Positions 39,560 through 53,467 of a stretch of 64,000 nt of DNA are shown in pieces. Positions within the stretch are counted from its first letter, which is position 1. Every line of letters starts with the position of its first letter. Under the pieces are notes generated by a model. It was given only the letters and a program-made list of their open reading frames with translations. It did not search any database and was not told where the DNA came from. The position numbers and the translations under genes are program-made. Source of the stretch: Kudoa neothunni (lineage: Eukaryota; Animalia; Cnidaria); assembly GCA_964304625.1 (NCBI GenBank), contig OZ199838.1, positions 6,435,731-6,499,730 on the forward strand, written 5' to 3'.

Positions 39560-40870
39560 CAGTCGGTAATCGATTTTGTACACTTTTTGGGGGACACTCT
39601 GTTAATCAATATAGAATTATCCTCAGAAAAATTAGAAATTTAGCGATAAACGAGGGTAAAAACATAAGAACATTAGAAGTAAAATACAAAATCATAAAAT
39701 ACTTCGAAAATCTCCTATATAACCTCTAAGGTACACAAAAACGACTATACTCCGACGAATTTGGAATCTTTTGGACCCCAGGTTTTTATTTTACGATAGT
39801 TAATAAAAAAAATTTTCAAAATGCCACACAAATTTTAGGAAATTTCTACAACCGAATTTTGAGTAAAAGGTGATTCATTGAGCCAGTTAATCCTACAAAA
39901 TCCTATTCGGTTGGCTTATATAACGTTTCGTAAATTTTCGTTTAAAGAAATCAACAATCTTCCATACTATAGAGAGAGAAATAAACATAAAACAAACAAA
40001 AAATTATTGAATATCGCAGCCGATAAATTTGTATTTTGAACACTGATTATACTTATTCGAATAATGAAATCGACCGAAATATCCTCACAACTAATGCTAA
40101 TGAATCGAGTGTTTATTATTTATCATTTTGGCGAGTAAATATTTGAAGAATATTTCCTTAAAGTTTGATTCCATTATTTCGATTTCTTAGAAAAAATATG
40201 AATCGGGTGTTTTAGTTACATTCTGATCCTTTGATTATTAACAAGTAATGGTTAGTAGGAACATAATAAATATTATACTGTTTAAGTTTAAACATCCAAC
40301 ATTGATTAAAAGCCTAAGAATTTGCATTCTAAACATGCAACATCTATCACGCTTGATTTTATCGTCCAGCGAGTTTGTATGAAATGTTATATTAGCTTGC
40401 CGAATTAATTTACCCAATGAATCATCTTTTTCTCAAAATTCGGTTGTATAAATTTCCTAAAATCTGTGTGGCATTTTGAAATATGTTTTTATTAACTATC
40501 GTAATTTCATGGAAATAACATTAATTTCAAGTGTTTAGAAAGAATAAGTAACATATTATAATCAATTTAAAACTACTTTGGGGTCCAAAAGACTCCTAGT
40601 TCGTTAGAGGGTTAATAAACGTTAAAATAGTTACCGTGAGACATTCCAACATATTAAATATAGCAATCCTAAATAGCCTCCTCGAAAAACGGATTAAATT
40701 TTTTCAAAAATTGAAACTTAATATCACTTGATTTTTTGTCTCTTGTAGAATTTATATTCGTTTATATTATTTCAATAAGATAAACGCCATTTTTTTCTTT
40801 TACATTCCAAAAAAGGGATATATAATTATTACGTACATGCGGAAAAATGTGTAAAATCAATTACCCACTG
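39560..40870. mobile_element. TA-flanked Tc1/mariner-type MITE
   Basis: TA|CAGTCGGTAATCGATTTT ... AAAATCAATTACCCACTG|TA. The host sequence rejoins to match 14280-14295. Confidence 0.8.
39722..40611. mobile_element. piggyBac-like MITE with long inverted arms
   Basis: Right end ...CGTTAGAGGG|TTAA. 39750-39880 is the inverted counterpart of 40350-40610. The left terminus is degenerate. Confidence 0.7.
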
Positions 40871-42163
40871 TATAATATGGATTAATTTTGTATTAATATT
40901 ATTTATTCTCAGTTCAAAGCTCCGTATACATGAAAGTCTTTCATAATTAAGATTAGATTACTACGAGTTTCATTTGACGCTGTTTTGGTCGGACTGGAAA
41001 ATTAAAGATGTTAATTTTTAAGTTCTATCGACAAATTAAATTAATTTAGATCTGATTAAATTAATTTTAATGAAAATAGAAGTACATATTAATTGCTTGC
41101 AAATTGTAATGTGATAGGGAGCATTATTCAACGTTATAAACGGTTTAATTTAAAAAATCAATACTTTTGAAAATGGTGGGACACGGAGCATTTTTTCAAG
41201 AATAAGTGGGGTGCGATAGAAAAAAGGTTGGAGAACATTGTTTTAATGTATGAATGAAAATTCAAACGGATCTCAAAAAAATGCGTGATATAATATGTGC
41301 TTCAACCAAGATTGGTTAAAAGTAGATGATTTTAAAGATTGGCTTGATCAAGATGCTAAGAACATCAATTCCAGCCTTTGCAAATGTTGAACAAATTTTT
41401 TCGTTAATGAACGTATAATAAATCTAAACAAACTCATTAATGGTTGAAACTGTAAAATGTAAATGCCTCGCACAATAATTGATCAGAAGAAATAATAATG
41501 CGTGTTTGAAGTCGCACCCAACAAATAAACTAATACATGATGTGAACAGCGGTGCTGTGAGGCGACGATACTTTGAACGCTTAACAAATAATTCAAGCTT
41601 CTTAACTTAGAGTTGTGAAGATAATGAAGACGATTCATTTGACGACAATAATTAGAAAACGCGTTTGAAATAAATAAAAATTTGTTGTTATTTTATAACA
41701 ATATTGTGTTTTCTTTGCGACCCGGGATTTTTTAAGAGTTCAACTTGGGTTTTTCCAATAATCTCACTGGACGCCCTGGTGTAACATCATACACAAAATA
41801 TAATTTTTTAATTAGATAAGCTATCTTAAATTGGAATTATTTGCAACGACATCAATTATTTACTTTTCCCCTCCTAATGATGGTCAGGGTTTACTCTCTC
41901 GAGAGTAATAAAAATTTATATTTTTTAATTAAATAAAGCATAATACTGCTAAATAATGTACGCAATAAATAAATAGTTGTACCAATTCTTAACTTAACAA
42001 ATCTTCCGCTCATAAATTATTTGGTATACGGATGATAAAACAATGTACAACTAAATAATAATATTTGAAATGTTATGCCTAATAACTATCATTCTCATTA
42101 AAATATATCAAGTTATAAAAATAATTATTTGATTGAACCGTGTTAAAACACTCTATATTACTA

Positions 42164-44030
42164 CAGTGGCTATTCGATTTTCCATAATCCTCTCGGGACC
42201 AGAGAAAAGTTATTGAAAATGCATAACTGATCGATTGTCCGCACTTGATGCGTGCGCACGAGAATAAATATTTTTTATTGAAGTAATATAATAAAATTCA
42301 TAATTGTTAATTTTTAGAACGTTTTTATTTTTATAACATAGCTTGAAGAAAATCTGATGGTCGTGAATTTAGATCCCTACCATTTTTAATAATGTGATTT
42401 TTAATCGAGGTATCTTTGTAGTTAGACTTTGAAAAATTAATTATTTGTTTATTAAGAGGTAGTAGTTAACTTGCTGAATTTTTTGAGAAATATGAGACTG
42501 AATTTATAAAATTTAATTGCAGGGCTAAAAGTTGAGCTACAGTGATGTACATATAAATTGTTAATAGTACTTTTGAAATTATTATTTTAATATAAAGGTA
42601 TATTTTAAATGTTTCATAATCACTATTCCTATCATATTTTACTCGAATTGAATGGATAAATTTTTACTGTCGTTAAAAACTCGTTGATTCTTGCGATGAC
42701 AAATCAAGGATTGATCTGATCAACTATCAACTACCACGGCGCGTCCCAACTAAAATTGGACTCGCGTCCTCATTTGGTGATAAAACGAAACTAAAACCTC
42801 CTTGCATATGATAAGATGTAAATGACTCAAAATTCCTCAAAGATTATTTTCTATTATGATCGAATCTCGCACCCAAAAGTCCATAGTTTACATCCCCTAG
42901 GGGTGCGGGAGCCGCTGAACTGACAGAAGTGGGCGTATAAAATCAGCTCGTAAATCATTCTAGATATCTTTTCTAGATGTCAGTTGAATTCCAGACATAA
43001 ATCAAAGTTTGTCTTTAAAAAATTTGTACATATTAAAATCATTTGACATTGTTTTGTTGATTGAATAATATAATGTTTGATAAACTGTACAAAAAGGCCA
43101 GTAGAAGGTTTTGCAGCAATAGCACACAATTTGTTCTACTAGTTATTGTAACAGTTTTGAGTGCATTAGAGACCGCCAAAGAAAATTGACTTTTTTTAAA
43201 TTAGGACGCGATCAATAATCATGAAAACTCCTATAAGTAATAAATTTTTGTACATATTTAATCGTCTGTAATAAATCGGGTTTCTTGACTCTAATGCCTT
43301 TAATAAATTATAAACTACGGCATAAAAATTATTTTTGGATTTCTTATCCAAAAGGTTTCTTATGAATGAGTCCAAACTTATTTTACGTGAGAAAATCAAT
43401 TCGACAATATTGTTTCAATAGTTTTCAAACCAGAAACAGGTACGAGATCGAAATCGCGAGATGTTAAAGATTTATCAGATTTCATTCTCAAATTTTTAAA
43501 TAATGGAAAAATAATTAACTATTCTTCATGGCTATATTATTTGCAATGATATTATCGATGTAATCAATTTAAGCAGAGGATTTAGAAAATAAGGTTGTAG
43601 CCAAAAAACTACGCAAAATCGATAATCCCTATCTTTAATAGAAAAACTTCTTGATAAATTATTTTTTTCATGGAACTTTCAATTTTAAATGCATAAAATA
43701 GATTTTATTAATTCAGAAGAAATAGTTTTAACTCTGATAATTACATGTAAGAGAAGATGAAGTAAAAGTACGGAAAATTTTATTACCTACTACACTAGTT
43801 TTCTGCGATATGTCATTAGATACTAATTAAAAAGAAACCTGGTTAAAATTAGAGTATTGTTCAGAAACTTTAATTAGTAACTTAATGAAGAAATATAATG
43901 TTTCCAAGATAAAAAATTATTTTTCCACTCTACGTGCTCGCGATGTTGTTTGTCGTGAAAACCTATAACATTATGTTTACGTGGAAATTACCAGGTCCCG
44001 TGGGGATCACGTAATTTCGGTCGCTCACTG
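42164..44030. mobile_element. Old pogo/Tigger-like element
   Basis: TA-flanked imperfect TIRs CAGTGGCTATTCGA...ATCCTCTCGGGACC / GGTCCCGTGGGGAT...TCGGTCGCTCACTG. No intact ORF. Confidence 0.55.
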
Positions 44031-45063
44031 TACATTAAAAACAACTACCTCTACAAAAGTGAATGTTTATTGTTTTCAATAGAATTAGGAAATATTGTGC
44101 CAAGTGAATTATATTGCTGGATTATAGAGTTGTAATTAGGTGTATTAACTATTAGCCAGATAAAAGATCTAATTCATAAGTTTTACAGTTTAGTTCCTTA
44201 GTGACACATAAATGACTTAAAAGGTAGGAGTACAATAATTTTTGATTTAATAAAATGCAACATAATATCAACAATTGTTTATTCCATTTTATCGCGAAAT
44301 TTAATTTTATTTTGTTATCACCTGAAACTATCCAATATTGTTAGAATTGTTTTTTTCTAATGTACTGTAAAATATTAGATTCAATAATAAACGCAATTAA
44401 GGTGATAAAGAATTATTCGTATAAGCAGTCCCATTGGAATAGTATTGAATAACTCGAAATAACATTTTCCAATACGACAAAAGCTAAATCTGATTCACTA
44501 TCAATTAATTGTTGGTTTTGTATTAGATTTCGGTGACGGTAAAGTGATTAGGATGGTGTTTTAATGATTATGTTCAACATCCCGAATTCGACTGATTATA
44601 CTTGATTTGGAAATAAATAACTATCACACCTTATGCGAATACGTTTAATTTTAATAAATCCAGAATAATTGACATTAATTCGATTTATTCATATAACATC
44701 CGATTTCGTATTTTAAGGTACAGTGACAAATATTCAATAATTCCACAATCGACATAGAATTGATAAGATAGTTCGATTAGGAGATTACAATTAATTCTAT
44801 GTTAATCTAATAAGAAATTGTGCCAAATAGATGGAAACTAGTTTATTTTGTCATTGATAAGATTGTATCTGGCTGCGAATACATGTTCCAAAAACTTGTG
44901 TTCAAAATTAATGCCAAAATAACAGCCAGTTAATAAATAGATGGTAGGCGGTGGTTATGCGCGAAAGGTTACGCCCAAATCCTGATTTGATAACGACAGT
45001 ACTAAGTTGATTCGTTCATCTATTCTCGTTCGCTGTATAAATCCCTTATAACTGTGCTAAAGA

Positions 45064-48000
45064 ATGGCAAACGGCAAGGAAGATGAGGGAATTAATCTTC
45101 TGAGAACAAACAAAAATGAAATTGGCGATGCCATGGTACAAGCCGAATGGGCTTCAAAAAAATTGGTATGGGTTCCCAACGAAGAAAAGGGTTATGTGTC
45201 TGCTAGTATAGTAGAGGAGAAAGGTGAAAAAGTTAAAGTGAAATTGGATTCTGGAAAAGAAATTGAAGTTAATGCTGATGATATACAACGCATGAACCCT
45301 CCCAAGTTCGATCGTGTTGAGGATATGGCCGAGCTTACTTGTTTGAATGAAGCGTCTGTATTGCATAATCTCGCCCAACGTTACTACTCCAACCAGATCT
45401 ACACATATTCCTCGCTTTTCTGTGTGGTAATCAATCCGTACAAAACGTTACCAATCTACACTGAACAAGTGATAAATTATTACAAAGGCAAAAAACGATA
45501 TGAAGTACCACCACATATATATGCAATCGCTGATTCTGCATATCGTTCAATGTTGTATGATCGAGAAAATCAATCGATTCTTTGTACTGGAGAATCTGGT
45601 GCTGGTAAGACCGAAAACACCAAAAGAGTTATTCAATATCTGGTGGGAGTCGGTTCAAAAGTATCAGGAATCACTACTACCGGTATTAAATCTTCGGAAC
45701 ACTTGCACACACTTGAAACACAACTTCTGAAAGCTAATCCTATTTTGGAAGCTTTTGGTAATGCCAAAACAATCAAAAATGATAATTCATCTCGTTTTGG
45801 AAAGTTTATCAAAATCTGTTTTGAAGGGTCTGGTTTTATAACTGGTACCAATATTGAGACTTTTATTCTCGAGAAAGGACGTGTTCCCCGTCAACAACCT
45901 AACGAGAGAAATTTCCACATTTTCTATCAGTTGTTGAATGGTGCTGGGCCTGAGGAAATCTCGGAATTCCTCTTGGAAGCACCATCCTCGTACAAATACC
46001 TCACCAATGGAAATGTTTCGATTCCATCAATGGATGATAAAGCTGAATTCAAAGACACCATCAACGCTATGGATATTATGGATATTTCAAAGGAGGAAAT
46101 AGCTGGAATCTTTAAAACGTTGTCGGTTGTGCTGCTTTTTGGTAATATGGCTTTCCAACAGGATAGAAACTCCGACCAAGCTATTCTACCAAACAATGAA
46201 GTGGCTCAAAAAATCTGTAAACTACTTTCAATCAATGTGACCGATTTCACGAAGAGTTTGTTGAAACCCACCGTAAAAGTTGGCAGAGAGGTTACTGTGA
46301 AAACCCAAAACAAAGAGCAAGTGGAATTCTCATCGGAAGCACTTAGCAAAGCAATCTACGAGCGTCTCTTTAAATATGTGGTCGCCAAAATTAACAAGGT
46401 GTTGGATAAAGATAGACGTGTTGGTGGCAGTTTCATTGGTATATTGGATATTGCTGGTTTTGAGATATTCGAACTGAACTCATATGAACAACTTTGTATC
46501 AACTACACCAACGAAAGGCTGCAACAACTGTTCAATCATACCATGTTCATTATGGAACAAGAGGAATACCAACGAGAAGGTATCGAATGGTCGTTTATCG
46601 ATTTCGGACTTGATCTTCAACCATGTATCGACCTGCTCGAGAAACCAATGGGTATTTTCTCTCTGTTGGACGAGGAATGTTGGTTCCCCAAAGCTACCGA
46701 CAAATCGCTGGTCGAGAAATATCTTAAAGAACATTCATCGAATGCCAAATTCGCCAAACCTGATTTCAGGTCCAACTCCGACATCACTATTGTGCACTAC
46801 GCTGGTAAAGTGAATTACAGCTGTACTGGATGGTTGTCCAAGAATATGGATCCATTAAATGAAAATGTGGTCAGCCTGATCTCTGACAGTAAGGACCTCT
46901 TTATTTCGAATCTTTTCAAAAATAGAGATGGCATTGTTGGTATGCAAGAATCTGGTGGTGTTTCACGAAACCGAAAAGGAATGTTCCGAACGGTTGGTCA
47001 GCTGTACAAAGAACAACTCAACAGTTTGATGACAACACTCAAAGCTACTATCCCCAACTTTGTACGTTGTATTATTCCCAACTATGAGAAAAGACCAGCG
47101 AAAATAAATGCCCATCTTGTGTTGGACCAACTCAAATGTAATGGTGTTTTGGAGGGTATTCGTATTTGTCGTCAAGGTTTCCCAAATCGTGTTAACTTCC
47201 AAGAATTTAGACAACGTTATGAGATTTTAACTCCTAACTGTATTCCAAAGAATTTTATGGATGGCAAAAAAGCTTGTGAACTAATGTTGGAAAAGATGGA
47301 ATTGGATGCGAACAACTATAAAATCGGTTTGTCGAAAGTGTTTTTCCGTGCTGGTGTGTTAGCATCACTTGAAGAGGAGCGTGATAAATTATTAGCTCAA
47401 TCGATTGTCGAATTCCAAGCCGTTATAAGAGGAAAGATTGTGAGACAATGGTATGGAAAACGCACTCAAATACGAGTGATGGTTGAACTGTTGCAACGCA
47501 ACATACGTCGTTACTTCACCCTTCGTCAATGGATGTGGTGGAAATTGTTCACCAAGGTCAAGCCGCTGTTACAGATAACTCGTCAAGAGGAGGAGATGCG
47601 TCTCAAAGAGGAAGAAGTTGTGAAAACAAAAGAAAAGTTGGAATCCTGCGAGCATCAACTGAATGAAGCCAATGAACGCATTAATCAACTCACCGAAGAA
47701 AGGGCCGGCCTCATAACAACCATAAACAGTGGATATGATTCCATCCAAGAGTTAGAGGATAAATTGACTGCTCTCAACCTCAAGAAAGGTGAATACGAAG
47801 AAATCATCTCAGAAATGGAAACTAACCTCGAAGAGGAAGAGAAAAAATCTAATAAACTGAAGGACGAGATGAAAAAATTGATGGAACGTATCGCTGAACT
47901 CGAAGAACAAATCCAGAAACTTGAAGCCGACAACCAAAAATTAAATCTCGAAAAAGTTCAAAACGAAGGCAAAATACGACAATTGGAAGAAGAGTTGGCA

Positions 48001-50967
48001 GCCGTTAACGATTCTTTTGCTAAACTTCAAAAAGAAAAGAAAACTTTGGATGATCGCTTGAACGAAATGACCACCAAATGTCAAACCGAGGAAGAGAAAG
48101 CCAAGAGTCTTTCCAAATTGAAGACCAAAAACGAATCAGCTCTTGGTGAAATGCAAGCTGAAATTGAGAACCTCGAAAAAGCCAAAAGCGATCTTGAAAA
48201 AGCCAAAATTAAGGTTGAACAAAAGCTCGCACAAGCCACTTCACAGTTACAGGAAAGCAGCGGAAATTTGGATAACTTGGATTCGAATCTCAAAAGAAAA
48301 GATACTGAGATAGCTGAACTCACCAAAAAACTCGACGAAGAAGCATCTAAAATGAGCGATTTGGAAAGGAAGCATCGTCAAACATCTACTCTTGTGGAGG
48401 AATTGCAGGAAGAATTGGAAACCGAACGCAACAATAAGATCAAAGCTGAAAAACTTGGTAAACAACTTGATAATGAGTTGAAAAATCTTAGAGATGAACT
48501 GGAACAATCACAAGATACTACAGCTGTTCAACGGGATATTCAACAGAAACGTGATAAGGAATTGGCTGATCTTAAAGTTTCTCACTCTGAACAAATCGAA
48601 ACCCACGAGAAAGCTATTTCCGAGCTCAAATCCAAACACAATGCCGCCATTCAAGATCTCAATGATAAAATTGATCAACTTACAAAGAGTGTTTCCAGTC
48701 TGGAACGACTAAAATCTCAACTTAGCGCCGAACAAGCTTCATTGAACGATAATGTACAGACACTTACAATCATGAAAGCTGACCTAGAAAAAAAATCCAG
48801 AAATCTAGAGAGTCAATTGCAAGTTTCCAACAAAAGCTTGACCGATTTGAAAGAGGAAAACGAAAAAGTCACCAGTTCTCTAACCAAAACCAAGTCCGAA
48901 CTTGATAGCCTCAATACTACATTGGAAGAGACTGAGGCCAAGTTCTCTCAATTGGAATCTGCCCAGTCCGCCATGAAACTTCAAATAAGTGATCTCCAAG
49001 ATGAACTCCAAAGTGAAACCAACGCCAAACTTCAAATTCAATCCCAACTTTCAAATGCCCGAAGAGAACTTCATTCTGCCCAAGAACTACTTGAAGAAGA
49101 GGAATTAGCTCGTGATAACGCCAGGAAACAACTTTCCGATGTTCAATCTAATTATGATAAAGCCAAAGCCCAACTCAATCAAATGACACAAGACATGGAA
49201 ATCCTGGAATCTTCCAAAACTAAAGTACATCGTGACAATGAAGCTAACCTACAACGAATTCAAGATCTTCAAATAGCTCAGGATAAGTTGGAGAAAGGAA
49301 AACGAAGATTGCAAGAGGAATTACAAGATCTTAACTTAATGTTGGACAAAGAGCGTCAAGCTTGCCAACAGTTTGAAAAGAAACAGAAAAAATTTGATCA
49401 AATGCTTTCCGAAGAGAAAGAAATCTCCGCAAGGTACCTCCAAGAGAAGGACGCTGCTGAGAAACTTGCTCGTCAAAATGAAGCCAAAGTGATGCAACTT
49501 AACAAACAGCTAGAAGAACAAGGCGCATCCATTGAAGAGTTGGAAAAAGCGAAGCGTTCAATTCAATCTGAGTTGGACAGTATGCTCGAAAATAAAGATG
49601 ATCAAGGAAAAAGTTTGCACGAGCTTGAAAAAGCTAAGAAAAGTTTGGAAATGCAATTGATTGATTTGAACACCGAGAAAGAGGAGATTGAAGATGAACT
49701 TCAAATAACTGAGGATGCTCGTACTCGTCTCGAAGTCAATATGTCTGCAATGAAAGCTAGTTATGAACGTGAATTGGCTGCCAAAGAAGAAGCCATAGAT
49801 GACGTGAAACGATCTCTTACAAAACAAATTCGTGAATTTGAAGCTATGTTGGAGGAGGAGCGTAAATCTCGTGGTGGAATGTCATCGTCTAAGAAAAAGC
49901 TTGAGGCAGAACTTGCCAGCGTACAAGCTCATCTCCAAGATATTACCATGCAAAAGGATGATCTTCATAAAAGCCTTAAAAAATCTATGACTCAAGTGAA
50001 AGATATGCAGCGTGAATTTGATGAACTTCGTGCACTGAAAGATGAAGCATGTCTTGCAATGAAAGAAAATGATAGACGTCTCAAACAGAACGAACAAGAG
50101 TTGTTACGTGTTCAAGAAGATTTCCAATCTTGTGAGAGACAAAGAAAACAACTCGAGTCCGATAAAGAAGATCTAATGGCTGAAATTGAACGACTCAAAC
50201 TCAACACTTCTGTGTTAGATGAGAAGAAACGACTAGAGGCTCACCTTATTGATCTTAAAGATGACTATGAGGATGTTTTAGCTGATAGAGATTCACTCCA
50301 AGACCGGCTCAGAAGAGCCATGTCTCAAGTGGAACAAGTCAACTCTGATCTACAGTCTGAAAAGAGCACTTCTGCTGCTCACGAAGGCACCATTCAATCA
50401 CTGGAGAAGCAGGTATTTCCCAGCTTTCGTCATATTGCATGTATTTGATATGTTGGTTTAGTTGAGAGATTACAAAGGTCATGTTTCTGATTTGGAAGCT
50501 CAACTCAAATCTAGATCTAAAAATGCACAGCTTGAAGCCAAGATTTCTGCCCTTCAAGATCAGTTGGATGCTGAAACCAGGGAAAAAGCCGGTTATCAGA
50601 AACAATTGCGACGTGCTGACAATAAGATGCGAGATTTGGAAGGTCAGCTTGCTGATGAAAGAACTAACACACAGCTCGTTAAAGAGCAGAGTGATCAAGT
50701 TCAAGGACGTCTCCGAAATCTGAAGAAACAATTGGCTGATACCGAAGACGAGTTGTCCAGAGCTAACCTTGCCAAAAGAAAACTTCAAGCCGAGTTGGAT
50801 GACCAAATGGAAAATGCTGAATCACTTCAACTGGAAGTTACAAAATTACGCTCAGGAAGGTAATAAGGCTTTTTTGATTCGTAATCTTATGTGGTTGTTT
50901 ATTTAGACATCAATCTCAAATGAAAGTCAGCCGTAATCTTGGAGATTCTGAAGGCGATTCCGCCTAA
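45064..50967 (+). CDS. MYH9/10: Non-muscle/smooth-type myosin II heavy chain, 1935 aa, 3 exons
   Basis: P-loop [25 protein letters not shown] region, [12 protein letters not shown] and long heptad coiled coil. Exons 45064-50412, 50462-50859, 50907-50967. Confidence 0.97.
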
Positions 50968-53467
50968 TTTGTTTTTTGCCTAAATTATCTACTTCGTTCC
51001 TATTGTTATGTTATGACAGTCTTATTACCGCTAAACTCTATTTTATTTTAATTTCGAGATATATCTTTTACTAGAATTTGATTTTGTGTATTGTATTTGC
51101 GTGCAAAATAAATTAGTTTAGAATTGAGTTTGAGTGTTATTAAGCTGAAGAAAACTTATTAGTTTACGTTCTGCATTTAGAGACGTTCGATTATTAGATG
51201 GGCAGCGGAGTTAGATGTCTTGCTATCTATTATTTTGCATATTTTTAATATACAAAGAATACAATTATAAATTATGATGATATTAAATCTAGTTAATAAT
51301 TTAGAGACAACTAGAACATTATTTTTTAATACTATTGCAATGAATGCCACATATATTTGAGCTTGACTATCTTTTCATCAAGTACGTCGATGTGAAATCT
51401 ATTCTGTTCATTCCTGTGAATTTAAGAAGTCACAAATTTTTTATCATTATTATATATTTTTTTACAAATCCTTTGTCACAATAAAGTAATGTGTAAAATT
51501 TAAATCGGTGGATTTTATGGAACTACGAGCGACCTTAAAAATGTAAAAAACTTAATTTCACAATAAGATCTACCAATATTAATTTTCTTTGAAATTTTAT
51601 TTTTAGTTTATACCTACCCAGTGCACATTTTGTTTGTGTTACCTAGCATGTGTGGGTTTGTGATTTGAATTTTAACCTCATTCAATCATTTATTACATCT
51701 TATAATTACCTCCATACTCAATTTCTATTGTAACTGGACGCTTCTGTTTAGATTATTACTGATACAACCTCGGAATTAGAAATTAGTTTTCCAGCTTTTG
51801 ATCTAATGTAAAAATATAGTAAAGTTTGATGTTTCTTATAAATATTGGAAAGTTGAATATAATTAGTATATTCAATTGAAAATTTAACTTTGTAAAAGTG
51901 ATTGGTTTGTTTCGATTTAGATATAATGGACATTTCAAATTTGTCTATAATTTATCTTATGCTTCTGTAAAGTAACAATTATAACATTGAAACAAAGCAA
52001 TGCTCTAGGAATTATTACGTAAAGTCTTTTTTAGGTTATACTGGCATAATAAATTCTTAAATTGAAAGAAAGGAAAAATACCTTTTCTTAAAAGATTTTT
52101 TTAATATTAATTAACAAAAAAAATATAATATAATGTTTTCTTAATAAATATTAAATTTTACATTTAAAAATGATTAATGCATAAAACTATTCTTTCATTG
52201 GGTAGAGAAAATTATGTAGACATTAATAGAAACAGTTATAATTATATTTTTAAACGTTCACATTGTAAAAACTTACTTCTTACTAATGACGGACTGCCAT
52301 AAAAATATAAATTTGTGATGATAAAATTAATATAGACCAATTTTTGTGAAGGACTTTTAGTGACGAGCATTAAAAGTTTCGAGCTTTCATAATGCTTATT
52401 TATCATTAACTATAGATATAGAATTTCAATGAACAGTGCCATTCAAAGAATTAAATTCTCCTTTTATACATATTTTAAAATTTCTATACTTTAAAACTTT
52501 CCTTGGAATATAATTTATTAAAAATAATTAAATTTAAGTTTTTTGAAAAAAGTAGCATATTTCTAGTTTTTTAGAATTAGATAATTTCAATGTTATAAAA
52601 ATATATTTTAATACTGATTTTAAAAAATTATTAATAAGAATAAAAATGTACTCTCTTATTTTTTGCAATAAACCTAAAAAAGGCATTATTAATGTAAATT
52701 GGCGAATATAAAGTGAGGCAACAAAACATTTGTGTATACAAATTGTTTTTGTCCGTTATTTTATAAATATGCATAATGTATTTAATAATTACCAACTTTG
52801 TTGCACAAAAATTCTATGGTTTTATTAACAGAAGTATTATAGATGATTATTTTCAGAGAGAACTATTACTTAAATATTGGTTATTTCATAAAACTCGGAT
52901 TTCACACATAGTAATTCTTAATTTGGTCTCCTTAATACGCCCCACGATGGAGCTAGGTCACAAAACTCTCGTACATTATTAAATCTTGTGGCTTTCCTAT
53001 GAAATATACATATTGTTATTTTCGAATTCTAGGAATTCGATTACTAATTGATGATGCTTCATTTATCCGCGATTTCCATATACACGTTAATAGATGTGAC
53101 ATACTTCTTGCGGGTATGGGCGCTAACTGTGACCGAATATAAATTATTACTATTAGAAGTCTCATGTAATGTTCAATCAACTGAGAAATAATTAGTCAGT
53201 GCATTGATCATTTCGAAAATTCGAGTGCAAGTTCATTCATTTAATTTTATGGAATTAAACTAATTTTCTAGGCTACTATTGCTGGCATTCATGAAACAAA
53301 AAAGCGACTACTGAAATATAGATTTTCAGCAATCAAGTCACACCAATCAGGTATTATTCGATTTTTTAGAGAAGAATATGATAGCTTCGAACAAAGTTGA
53401 AACAAAACTGAGATGAATAAATCGTTACAGAGATTATGTAACAAAGATAACACATTCAATACTAATT

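Larger units (their letters stand above)
39282..41240. mobile_element. hAT MITE (same family as 13945-14634) with nested insertions
   Basis: TIRs TAGTGTTTCCCAAC / GTTGGAGAACATTG with a perfect TSD TTTTAATG (39274-39281, 41241-41248). Confidence 0.88.
38933..41778 (+). mobile_element. hAT deletion derivative (TIR CAGGGCGTCCA), copy 2, carrying three nested MITEs
   Basis: GTTGCAAC|CTGGGCGTCCA ... TGGACGCCCTG|GTGTAAC. Remnant WLKVDDFKDWLDQD...LCKC resembles an N-terminal hAT zinc finger. Confidence 0.8.

Noticed and set aside
45154-50806. Many antisense and alternate-frame ORFs over the myosin gene (likewise over UBC9, PMM and transposases)
   Set aside because: Shadows of codon bias in long real ORFs, with no recognisable domains.
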